DNA of 64,000 nt from Lytechinus pictus (Eukaryota): NCBI RefSeq assembly GCF_037042905.1, contig NC_087245.1:22942001-23006000 (forward strand), given 5' to 3'. The notes beneath the pieces were generated by a model, which saw only the letters and a program-made list of their open reading frames with translations, was not told the DNA's origin and did not search any database. The position numbers were made by a program, and so were the translations under genes. Every line of letters starts with the position of its first letter. Position 1 is the stretch's first letter. Positions 24,971 to 37,200 of this stretch are shown piece after piece.

Positions 24971-27851
24971 ATGGATTTGACGTTTTATTTCATCCTCTGT
25001 ATGTTCCATATCGTCTTCATACATGCATCGGATGGTCGGGAGCTATGCGGGGGTAAGTTGTTGCGCACTTTAAATAGAATACGTTTATAAAATTAAAATA
25101 GTTTGCACATCGAAAGAAATATCAGTTTTACAAAATAAATAAATAATTAAATAAATAAATGAATGAATGAATGAATACAAATAAATATGATTTTTTTTAA
25201 ATTCCGACCGTTGAATAAACCTTGCTGTCAGATAAAAGCCGTTTTTCAGGAATAATGAATAAAAAATGTATAATCGGGGTAAAACGAATACGATGAACGC
25301 CCTCTAAAAAGGGGAACAAGAAACTAAATAATATACGAATGTAATAATACAAAAGGACACCATAAATATATTTAGATTGTACTTTAGAAAAAAAAAAAAA
25401 AAGTGTACAAGACAGCATCCGATTCGTTTTAGTCTTTAACTTAAATATCGCCTGTTTTGGTGATGTTTAATATAAATTCAAATCGATTCTGCACAGACGA
25501 CACCATTGCTAATTCACTCGTCACTCAACCCCCTCCTTCCCCTTTGTCCAAACCTCTCCCCTCAGGTCCCTAACTACCCCCTATCTCTCCCTAGTCTGCT
25601 ATGCAGACTCTGAATGGCTCGTGAAGTGGGATCTGCAGCTGGTTTGCGAAGCAAACCAGCCTGAAAGGGCGAGCGAAGCGAGCCATTCAGAGTCTGCATA
25701 GCAGACCTAGTAGACCCAGTCTGCTATGCAGACTCCCTGAATCAGCTGTGATACACACACTACAGATGTGGGTCTACAGTTGTAGACTACTATCTCCATT
25801 ACCTGTATGTCTATCACTCTGTCTCCGTCCGTCCGTTCGCTTATCTATTTCTTTCCCTCTCTGTCGAAGCATGCAATTCAAACCATGTGGAACACAACGG
25901 ATCCTGCTATTACTTCTCGACCAGTGTGGCCAACCACTCCGACGCAAACCAATCGTGCCATGACATCGGCCTCTACTTGGTTGCCATAGAAACTCCTGAG
26001 GAACAGGACTTTGTAGTGGACAATCTACTGAACCCCGACGTTAACCACTGGATAGGGTTAACTGCTGATGGTAGCGGAAACCAAGTGTGGTCGGACAGTA
26101 CGAATGTGACATATAGTAACTATGGCATGGATGAAGTTAACGTATTTGATGATGGAGGTCTTTGTTTCAGAATACGACCATCAAACAATTACACTTGGTA
26201 TGACCAGATTTGCTCTAACCTATATCGCTACATCTGCGAAAGGAAAACCAGTGAGTCCATTTTTGCCAATTCGAAGTATTTCTTTAATTCCTACTTGGGC
26301 TGTTATACTGTATATGTATTTTTTAATTATTTTTTTCTTTCTTTGCTGTTGTTATTTATATCTTGAATATAACCTGTTTCACTTTACAAATATGCTTCTG
26401 AAGATGGACTGAAATGAAGATCGAAATAAGAAAATCAAATACGACTTTACGAAGAGTTTGCTCACTCAGATCAGTTTGTCTGAATATAAAGTTACATCCA
26501 TTCTAATGTTCAATCCGCATCAGCTGAAATTTAGCGTTTAGTCAAGCCATGGCAATTTCATTTTCCGTAATTCGTATTGCTCTTAAATTTTAGTGTGCCC
26601 AGATACGTCTGCAGAAACCCCTACTACCACACTTTATACAGGAACATCATCGATAGACCCAATCTCAATTCTTTCATCTGATGCAACTCAGACGATCCAA
26701 AATATGGACACATCTGCATCCTTACATGACAATACGGGTGCTTCTTCTGTGACTTCAGCCAATATGTCAACATTCGCGCCATTGGAGACGACAGATGGTT
26801 TTATCTATGATACAAACAACGCAACCATGGCGACACCCCCATTGTCCTCCTCCACACCAACATCAACTGCACCACGATCATCTTCATCACTTCCATCATC
26901 ATCTTGGACCACAGACGGTGGCTTTACCTCTAAATCTTATCTACTTACAAGCAAGATGACAGCCGCACCTACTACACATTTCACAACCACTTGTCATGGC
27001 AAACGTGGTAAGTACTATACCTGTTTGAAACAGCCGTTTTCAGTCATTTTTAAAATTTTCATTCCAACATGTGAATACAATAGTAAATAGCATTTATTTT
27101 TCCTCCATAAACAAAGATATACATTTGCAGTTTTTGGGTGCCGTACTCATATTTGGATAGCTAAACATGATTCATTATATTTCTATATTGATTTCACCAG
27201 ATAGAAAGCACAGTAAAGGGAAAATACGGTGTGGTGGTGGCGGAGAAAGGTGCTGCTCTAGGGTTATTTTGTTATGCTTAATCATAAGTCAATTAGATGT
27301 CAGTCAACGATGCCATTAGAAAATGATGAAAAAAAGAGAACATTGGATAAAATCGATCCTTTTCTTCATGAAATGGGTTTTTCAATACCCCTCAAGAAAA
27401 ATATGTTGAAAAACTATCAAGTTTATTTGTTTTGAAAGTGGCATTCTGGAATAGTAAACTTACAGACCTTCAAAGAACATAGAAGCATTAGGAGTTCCAG
27501 CATGACACCAAAGTTGTTTTTAATCAAGGCTTTCACTGCCCTGTTCCGAGGCCCAATAAGCATGTTTCTTTGTGTTACTACTTACTGATACTCTTTGAAA
27601 CAGAATACACGAGAAGCACAAATTTCAGACTACTAGCCAGCAATTCAACGATCAACGCTGACTATATTCATTCATCATATTCTGTATCGTCACACATCGG
27701 ATGTGCCCAACAATGCCTCGCAAACGTCATGTGCACGGCTTTTGCATTTCTTCCAACTGAAAGATTGTGCTTGCTAGGTGAAAGAGGTGGGACATCATCA
27801 CGCTTCAAGAGACACCTTGGGGCTACAACTTATTTGATGGTTTCTGTCTAA
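24971..27851 (+). CDS. Secreted C-type lectin / Ser-Thr mucin / PAN-apple protein (374 aa, 4 coding exons)
   Basis: Exons 24971-25052 (82 nt, signal peptide MDLTFYFILCMFHIVFIHASDG), 25870-26250 (CTLD), 26594-27007 (S/T stalk) and 27604-27851 (PAN-like, stop). All introns are GT-AG phase 1; the joined CDS is 1125 nt and in frame. Confidence 0.85.
25591..25790. mobile_element. Two adjacent small hairpin MITEs (AGTCTGC...GCAGAC termini)
   Basis: gtctgctatgcagactctgaatggctcg (25594) pairs with cgagccattcagagtctgcatagcagac (to 25706); inner hairpin gctggtttgc-gaa-gcaaaccagc; a second unit starts agtctgctatgcagact at 25718. Confidence 0.7.
25870..26250 (+). CDS. Exon encoding a C-type lectin domain (gene 2, exon 2)
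   Basis: C-x9-SCYYF, A..SC, LVAIETPEEQ, WIGL, W-SD, C-x10-WYD..C......ICE. Confidence 0.9.
27604..27851 (+). CDS. Terminal exon encoding a PAN/apple-like domain (gene 2, exon 4)
   Basis: SSHIGCAQQCLANVMCTAFAFLPTERLCLLGE; homologous to gene 1 exon 4. Confidence 0.8.
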
Positions 27852-28628
27852 GGATGAAAATATAATACAATGCAAGTCAAGATGTTTGCATTTTACTGCT
27901 GTATATCGAGTAGAGTTCAATTATTTTCATAGCTAGCTGCTACCTCAGTGTCATTACAATCATCAAAATAATCGCTATCAACTCATTCTCATTGTCATCA
28001 TCATCACCATTGTAATCACCATTAATAATACCATTAGCATAATTATGCTATCATTCCCATTAATGCCATCACTTATTTTATCATCACAACTTCACTCATG
28101 ACACAATGAATCACAGAGCTACTAAAGGCACTCTCTGACAAAAATCACTATTACATTCAGGTAAAAAGTTGTAAAAAAAAACTCAAAGTGTTTGTTCGAT
28201 TTTCACATTTAATGAAGTAGAATTTGCACACTATCAAATTTATTGCAATCACGTCACCACTGACATCAGTGTTATTTGGACTTAATGGTGAGAGATCATA
28301 ATTACAACTTCATTGATGAAAAAACATAATTAATTATACACACAAAGTCACTTGAAGTGTTTCAATCAATTTGATGGAATAAGTATGACGAAGAATTGGA
28401 CCATTCTTAGAATAGACTACCAAATAAGGAAACAAGTCTGTTGCAGAAAAAAAATAATGAACAAAACATACAAACAATATCCTAAAAACAAACATGACCA
28501 AAACAAAACATGAAGAACAGATTTCAACCTATGAATTTCAAATCATAACTAAAGGATATACACTGTGTATAGTTGTATAATAATAGAGTATAAATGGAGT
28601 ATATATCTCTTGCATTGTAATTGCTTAA

Positions 28629-29297
28629 CCCTAAAACTCTTGGGGTATTTGATCCTTGTCAATACCAGGGGGGGAGGGGATGGTTCCCCCTAAGATCTCG
28701 GATCGAATGCGACAAAAATTTGCACCATGATAGAGAATGTAATCTACACATTTGCATAGGTAAATATCTCTAAATTTGTATATTCCATTGTATATTCATT
28801 ACGCAGTATTTATGCTAATTTATTCATAAAATCATACTTTTTACTTTAATCAACTAAATAAAATTGGTAGAATGCTAATTTTTGGAGTAAACATTCTTTA
28901 TAGCAATCCTAACAATTTTAATCTTAAAATTTCTGGTATCAAAATCGATTCATGTTTTTTTTTTTTTATTAATTTCTTATATATTTCCCTTTTTTTAATT
29001 TTATATTCTTATTGGTTTTTTGGGACAAAACTTTGTCAATGATATTGTTTTGGTCATAAATAGCATCAAATTGAATGACTGTTGTCAATAAAGGCAAAAC
29101 TAATCACTCATTTATGAATTTTTAGCTGAAAACACAATTTTGGGTTTGACACGCACTTACATAATGTGTAATTTAAAAACTGCATACCCGTGCGTCACAA
29201 ATTTGGTCTCAAAAGTGAGCGAGTGGCACAATCAAATTTTTTTTTATGTGTGTGTGGCAGATTTATAACGAAAAAAACGAGGAGGGGGGTATTAGTG
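28629..29297. mobile_element. piggyBac-like non-autonomous element
   Basis: TTAA|CCCT start and ...agtg|TTAA end; its 3' part is the reverse complement of the element starting ~52390. Confidence 0.55.
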
Positions 29298-29479
29298 TTA
29301 AATGGCCACACACCGGGGAGTAAGAGAGCACCACCCCCCTATTCTTCAAAGTAAATTTTCACAAAATTCTATCCCAAATGTGAACGAAATTCTTTAATTT
29401 GAATTTAAAATTGCAAAAACGCCTGCAGAATTAGCTGGGTTGTTTCATCAATCTCTTGCCTTATATATATTAAAAATAA

Positions 29480-29752
29480 TTACATATTATTATTATTCTT
29501 TCCAAGAAAAAAATCCTGCATATTACCATATGTATTTCTGCACAATAGTATTGTTTCCATTTCCAAGGGGGATCCACACTTTACAAGCTTTGCTTTTTAG
29601 TGGACCCCCCTCATTTCCATTTATGCTCAATATTATACTGTTTATTATACTGTAAGAATGCTCGTCTGTAAAATTGTATTTGATTTGTATCACTTTATAT
29701 TACTTTGTATTATGTTTTGAATGGAAATGGAATAAAGAATTTAATTGAATAT
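29480..29752 (+). mobile_element. LINE 3' UTR remnant
   Basis: Stem-loop ggggatccac...gtggacccc followed by AATAAA and a gaattt/gaat tail. Confidence 0.45.
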
Positions 29753-31253
29753 TGTTGAGTAATACATGTACAAGCAGTTTTTGTGTTCCTGTTAGAAATA
29801 TATCTGTCTGCCCGGTACGTTCATACTGTAAAGATTAACTAAAAGGGCAATTTTAGGATAAGCATTGTTACATTCAAGCCAAATTTAATACCTACTGTTA
29901 CAGCTAATTGAAAGCTATTTCATTTAATATCCGGAGAATTGTAACATAAAGCTTAGTATTAGTTTGTGGGGCCGAAATTTACAATTCATCATCACAATAA
30001 ATCTTAGAATCACCCCCACGATCAATAACCAACCTTTCTACATGCTCAACCCTTCTCTTTCATATCACTAACACAGTTCAATTCAATTTTACTTTCCCAT
30101 CAATTACATTTCTTTTCATGCCCGTTTCATTCATGTTGTGGTCAAGAAAGATCTCGAGAGGCTAATGCAAAAGAAATAGAGAGATACGCAACCAAACACA
30201 TACAGCTACAATGCTAAATTAAATAACAATAAAGGCTGGTTCACAATGAAGGAAAACACAATATTTATCATAAAAAGAAAAGCAAAAATCTTGTAGTGGA
30301 ATATATGGTGGAACGAAGCATGGCTCTTGAACCATAGTGAGATATTGTGACTCATGTAAAAACAAAGTTCGATATATTACTCTGTGTTATGCACTAAAGT
30401 AGGAACAATACCAATTAGAATCCATCGCTCACTATTGAAAATAAATTTGCCAAGTTAGTTTGGGAAAGTAGATTTGTTGAGACAAACGCATGGAACTTTA
30501 TGTCAAGTATGATGGGAAAAATGAAGGCTGTATATATATATAGTTTCAAAATGACACAGACAGGATTGCAGAGAAAAAAAAATTGAGAAGGTTTACTATT
30601 CCAGTATTGTAATTCTGAGGCAATTTTGAAATATTCAGCCAAATTTAACATGTGGTACAGATGATTTGCAAACTGCCCCATGCATTTGCATTCTCTAATT
30701 CCATAATGTTCACCCTCACCTCAATATGGTTTCAATAAAAGCAGAAGAAATGGAAATGATAAAGACATATTGGCAACATACTCCTAAGGGTAATGCAGTT
30801 AAAAAAAATTAGAATTGAATTCTGTGATGTCATATGCAAATACTCCCCTAATATATCATGTGACATATATTCCATACAACATTCCTTATTTAAAGTTATA
30901 TCATCAGAGACAATATTTCAAACATTCTTCAGTCATCATGAACCAGTAAAATATGGGAATTTATGGAATATATATAAAATATGAAAAATGGGTGAGCTGC
31001 CTAAATGTGTCGTCAAATAAAAAAAAATATTCTCAGAAAGATTTTATTTTTCAAACCTTTAGTCGTATGTTACTATCACTGTTCTACATTTATTAAAATC
31101 AACTTGATGGCAGGGTGAACTTTCCCCTTAACACTAATTTGATTTAACTGCACTCTCAAAGAAACAGTTACACAAAAGACTTACAATGACCAAATAAGGA
31201 CTTCTCTGAAAAGAATGATAAGAGAAAGAAACATGGATAATTGTTGTTTGCTT

Positions 31254-34200
31254 TTAGGGCGAGACCTTATTCCTAAGCCACTGACCGATGCTGTCTCCAT
31301 CCCTAGCTAACCATTTGGCCTTGAGTCGGATGTTCTCTAAGGACTGCTGGACGGTTCTTTCAGCTGCAGGGGCAGGATGGGCTTCAAAGAAGGCTTGGAC
31401 CTCCAAGGCCCTCTCTTCCGTGGTGAAACCCTCGGTGCAGGACTGCAATACACAACAAATAATTCGCATTAATGGAAATAAATGTAGGCAGACGAGTATA
31501 GTATACTTCCTTCTCCTCATACAACTGGTAATGGCCCTAATGATTGTGCCATTGATTAATGATGGTACAACTACTGTTGTTATAATACTAATGCTGCTCA
31601 TGCGATTGCTCACACTACTACCAATACTCCTTTAGCTGCTGCTAGTACTATTACCACTACTTTTTCTACTACTACTACTACTACTATTTCTACTACTACT
31701 ACTCCTACTACTTCTTGTACTACCACAACTACTATTGCTGCTGCTACTACAACTGCCACAACTGACACTTTTAGTACAACTAGAACTATCATTGCTTCTG
31801 CTCATTTATGCATGTATTGTTAGATATACATGTAGCAAGTGTTATACAGAATCAAATTTTGTCTAGGACAACTGATATTGTTCATGAATGTAAATTGATA
31901 TCTACTGCATTGTATGCCCAATAAATATACACATTGAGAGCCCAATTTGCAACTTTGTCTCTTAATTGTATCCCCCTCCATGGAATTTTGTAAATACATC
32001 AACTCATCTCAAGTTTACTGAATTCCTGTTCGATAGAATAGTAGTTTTGAAGTCTAGATTTCCTGATTGCCGTTTGTTACCTTCCTGAAGACCCCCCCTT
32101 TCCAGGACAAGAACGTTGCAGAGTTCTAAGAATTCTTCTTAGACCTACCTGTACAAGTCTCGCAAGAAGGAAACCACCAGAGAATCTTTCATGGAGCTCC
32201 GACCATCTATCCTGCAGGAACTGCCATGCCAGCTCTCGCCCCGTCTTTGTACCCGTCACTCCGCTGATCACAAACACGGTGTCTTGTGATCGTACATGCT
32301 CCTGTATACACAACAAGGTAGTGAGGCCAATAGACCACTTCGTATTTTGCTCATGTCTCAAATGACCACTAATATACACATACATTTAAAATATTTAGAA
32401 TGCAGGCACATAGAAACAGATGTGTGTGTAATTGAGATTTTTCAGATATGATTACTTCCATCTGGGACCGACCTTTAACATCACCATCCGAAAGACGGGA
32501 CCAGGGCTCGAACCTTGAAATCAGATGTATCTTACAAATATATCTTAATTCCCTATCAAAATATTAATACCTCTATTGAGATAGGCACCATGTTTGTACA
32601 ATCGATTGCTCTCGGAGAGTAGTCCTATTCCTATTAATTCATGCACATTTCAGGACACCGTAAGAGGAATCATGCCATCTACCACCACACTTTGTAGTCA
32701 ACGAGGCTCAATCTTCAGAATCCAGCTTGATAACATCTCTCTTCATTTTACCATCTGTAGGGAGACTATCCCTTTTTTTCCTTTCTTTGGGCCACCATGC
32801 AAACTTCACAGATCATCTGATTCCAAACAATTTTTAGATCCAATGAAGCCCCATTACTCTCGTATCGCTCATCATAATCTTCAAAATGCCATCTTACATC
32901 CAGGGCCCCGTCACATTAAGTGCAACAATTGATCCCAGGGCTGACGTCTATGATTGATTGCATTGATTATGGTTCATAATCAATCACAAAAAGCAGCCCC
33001 ATAATCAATTACAAAGCTCTATGTAATGAGGACCATTAAATGCTGACTTACCCCCATGGAGAACTCCAACACTCTCTTGATGAGAGCTGGATCTTTGATT
33101 GCACCAAGAGATCTCTGGATGCGATCTTTCTCTTCTTGGAGGTCTTGTGTTTTGAAGAACTGTACAAGAAAAGAGACAGAATGATTCACTGATTAAAGGC
33201 AATAAAAATCACAGAATTAAGAAGTCAAGAATTGTAAAGGTAATTCTGCCCAAGTCAAATCTCTTGGGACCAAACGACTTCGACTTACAAATTACAGAAG
33301 GTAATCAGCGCGTCTTGCATCATCTGGTCTCAAATTTGCTTTGTCTTCCATCATTATTTGACTTACGCAGAGGTCGACTTGGCGAAATTAAGGTTGACTA
33401 ACGCAGACTTCACTGTACTACAATAATATTCTTGAAATCAAGAAAACCTCATGACAAAACAGGATAATTCATTAATCTATGGTCCCAATCAATGAAAAGC
33501 TTGATGAAATGCCCCCTCCCCCTGCCTATTAGAACCTTGAATCTTTGAAGCTTCTTACCTCGATCATCTTATTGAGAGTGTCTTCACCACCATGAGCCAA
33601 CACCGTCAGGTAGACCGAGTTTCTGAGGTCAGCCGGGAGCTGTGCACCTCCTGAGCAATGTGCATCGAAGCGCTTACGGGCTTCCTCGACTGTAGCTTCA
33701 TGTCCGTTGCGTCCCATCACTCTGATCACAAGCGCTCTCAACAAGGCATCCAGGTGATCTGCAGGAAAAGCCAGGAAAACATCCAAACTCACTCGCCTTA
33801 CACAATACCTGCTCAATTTAGATCCATCCAATTACATGTAGAATGTATAGCCATATCATAGAAGGGCATTGTAGAAATCAGGATTGGACTTACCAATGAG
33901 GAGGGGTCAATAATATCTTCAATTGAAATTTCTAGAAATAATTCAATATTAATATCTAATAGTATTTTCTTTATAGAATTCTACACATTTTTATCATCTA
34001 AATATACATAAAATGACATGATGATAAATTTGTGTGAACAATTGTTCATATGCATTGCATCCTTTCATGGCAACAATATTTTATTGATGCAGGTATAGTC
34101 CACACTCCACAGAGTATGTATAGGGATGCCAGTCAAATTTAATTGCTGGACCTGAAAAGAAGCCAGAACATGATAAAGTATATATATATTTGATGAATAC

Positions 34201-37200
34201 TATGAAGCCTGACAAAGCCTGAAGTAGACCTTATGTACAGACGTCATCATGCCGCCATACTAAATGCAGAAGCCATTGCCTTGCATGCATTAGCAATCTG
34301 CAGCTGGAGCATCTCTGATAATTTTGTTTATGTGTATTCCTATAGACTCCGAGGGAGGGGGCAATGAGATTATGACATCACATTTAAGAAATTGACAGGG
34401 CCTGAAATCAGGGAAATCCCTGAAGTCTGACATATGTGATGGTAACATGTCAGGTCATTTGAGTAACTCACTTTCATTTTCCACCGGATCCCATCCAAGC
34501 CTCGCATGAACCTTGCTAAAGAGTTGTTTAGCAAAGGCCTTCAGATGATCAAGGTGATCCGTGCTGGATAGTAAGACCCCAATGGCACCAAGGTTAGTTG
34601 CTAGCTCCGTCCATACGGTATAGTCAGTCTCGTTCTCAAAGGCCTCAAAGAGCTTCAGGACATCCACAGTACTTGCTTGCCCAGTTTTAGCCTAAAATTC
34701 ATGGATAATGGATTGCAGACATCAATAGGAAATTGTTAACATTGTTTTTTTTTAACTAGAATTCATGGATGATGGATTACATCACAAGGGCTTCGGTGAA
34801 CTATTCAATAGTGCAGTTTGTGGAAAAATTAATTCCAGAATGAGATAAGTTAGAACAAATACAGCAATATGATCTCTCAACTAGCTGATGCCTAAAGATA
34901 AATTGTTACATATCTTCTGCGACTCCTCCTATACTTTATTTTTCAACTAAGAAGAATGAAATGAATAAAATGAAAAGACATGAGCGGAAAAATAGCAATA
35001 TGAAGATGCATAGTTTTCAAAATATACAAATAACAGTAGAAATAACAAAATTCATAAAGCACAGAGCTTCTACATGAATATACTCTAATGCATTGTGATG
35101 TAATAAACAAAAGACTCACAAAAGATTTACTGGGCAGAAAACAATCAGAAGCGTTTAAAAAAGTCTTCAATAAGACTTAATGAAACCAAGTGCTGAAGCC
35201 ATTCTTATTTCACACGCTGTTTATTCCAGTGTTTGGAGAATCACAACTGAATAACAAATCCCCAGGAGTTGATTTTTGTTAACAGACGACCCTTTTTCTC
35301 ATACTCACCAGAGCAAATAGATCTGACTCTAATCCTAGTCTGTCCCTGGCTGGAAGGACCTGGTTTCGGATACCAGGCAGGAGTGCTTCTAACATTTCAC
35401 TAGAGTACTGGACACGGTAGAACCCAACTGTTCCTGGGTTTAACTGCAAACAATGTCAAATAGTACAGAACTTATTACATTAATGGTACTGCAGTCTGTA
35501 AACTTGATCATACAAACCAATGGCTCATATTCTAAAATATTGAATTTAAACTTTGGTCTTAAGTTGTGGTTAAACTATGGATAGCTGATCGTGACACAAA
35601 TCTCTATAACAATAGAGTATCAAATTGGCAGCATATTTGGCGCTCAATTAATTCATAACCATCTAGGAATAGTAACTAATATACTTTTCTTCCCTGCTGA
35701 AGTATTGCAGAGAGAATACAGTAAACACTAGAAACATACAATGTACATACAATTTTGGTCATTTTTAGCTTCTCATCATTTTATCAAACACTAATGCTGT
35801 GTAGCCTTATGTTAATTGAACTTCAGAATATGGGCCAATGTCAGAGATGCCAACCTAAAGGGATGGTTGTCAGGAATATTTACCATATTTGTCAGGAACA
35901 AATGGGAGTTTCTCAGGAACATCCCGCGAAGTAGCATCGTTTATACAGGGATGCCACTAGGTGTCCTCCAAAAATACTGAAACTCATCGCGGGCCGGGAC
36001 AGTGTCCAAGAAATTTTTTTTTAGGGGGGTCCACCTTTAATTTTGGGATGGACACATGTCACAGGTAAAAAATTGGACAAGCAAAAAAAAAAAAAAAAAA
36101 AAAAAATTTGGAGGGGGGGTCTGCCCCCACCTCAAATTTAGGGGAGGGGGGGGGGGGGAGGACCAAGTGGCTTCTTACCTTGTTGTGATCGATGACTTTG
36201 AAGTCAATTAGGTTTGAAAAACTGACGGTAGTTAGTTGTGTGTTTCTCATAGGATGCTTGACCAAAAGCTTCAGTCTCTGTATTTCGGTTCATTACGAAA
36301 ATACCCCGTTTGAGGCTTCACCGCAGTTGGGATCTCAAACTGCGGTATTAGACCCCATTTTTCGTTTGAAACTCTCATTTCTCATTTGAACATTTCCAAG
36401 CCCCGATAAACCCATCTTGGCCAGGTAATCCCCGTTGTCTCAATTTTACCTCCACAGGCCAGTAAAGCCAAGGACGAAATGATAACAGCTGTGCTATTAC
36501 GTAAGACTTCTCTGCCTGTAGAAGGAACATCGGAATGAAATTATTGTCTTCGATATTTAATCACGTTTTCAAAGGCATATTGTATTCAGACATCCAATAT
36601 TAGTCCTTTTTCAATTTCGAACGAAGAAAATCGACCTCGAAATAAGAAAAATAAGCGAATAAAAATTAGGGTATATGCTTTGCATGCAGGGACCGCCCTC
36701 AGCGCTGCGATGCATCCCATAGTTTCTGTCCGTCCAGCAAGAAAATATGGGATGCATGCCGTTCACTCGCGCATTGAAAGAAAGAAAGAAAGAAAGAAAG
36801 GAAGGAAGGAAGGAAGAAAGAAAGGAAGAAAGAAGAAAAAAGTTGCACTTCACCGCGTGTATACACGCATGGACCTAGACACGTTGCAATCCATCGTGTG
36901 TGGCCCCCTGCTGTGCTGGGCTGTCGTGTTATCTTCGGACCGAGGTCAAGAAACAGGTGTTTTGATACTTAAATTTCTTGCTTGGGGGCAGTTCGGGCTT
37001 ATAGTGCTTGGAGAAGAGAATTGGTGAAAACGAATCTGGGGTATAGTGTTCTCAAACGGAGGTATTTCGTCATGGTTCAGCTGAACCGCGTTGGCTCCAC
37101 TCACCAATACATAGACTGAAGAGTTGTTGGCCCGTACATTAAGACAACGTATCAGCTAACCCAGGGAGCTCTGGGCTAGCTGATACGTACGTAACCCAAG

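Noticed and set aside
31443..31792. Hydrophobic ORF extension (31254-31613) and Val-rich ORF 31610-31792
   Set aside because: Intronic read-through upstream of the last-exon acceptor (31442) and translation of the (CTA)n microsatellite
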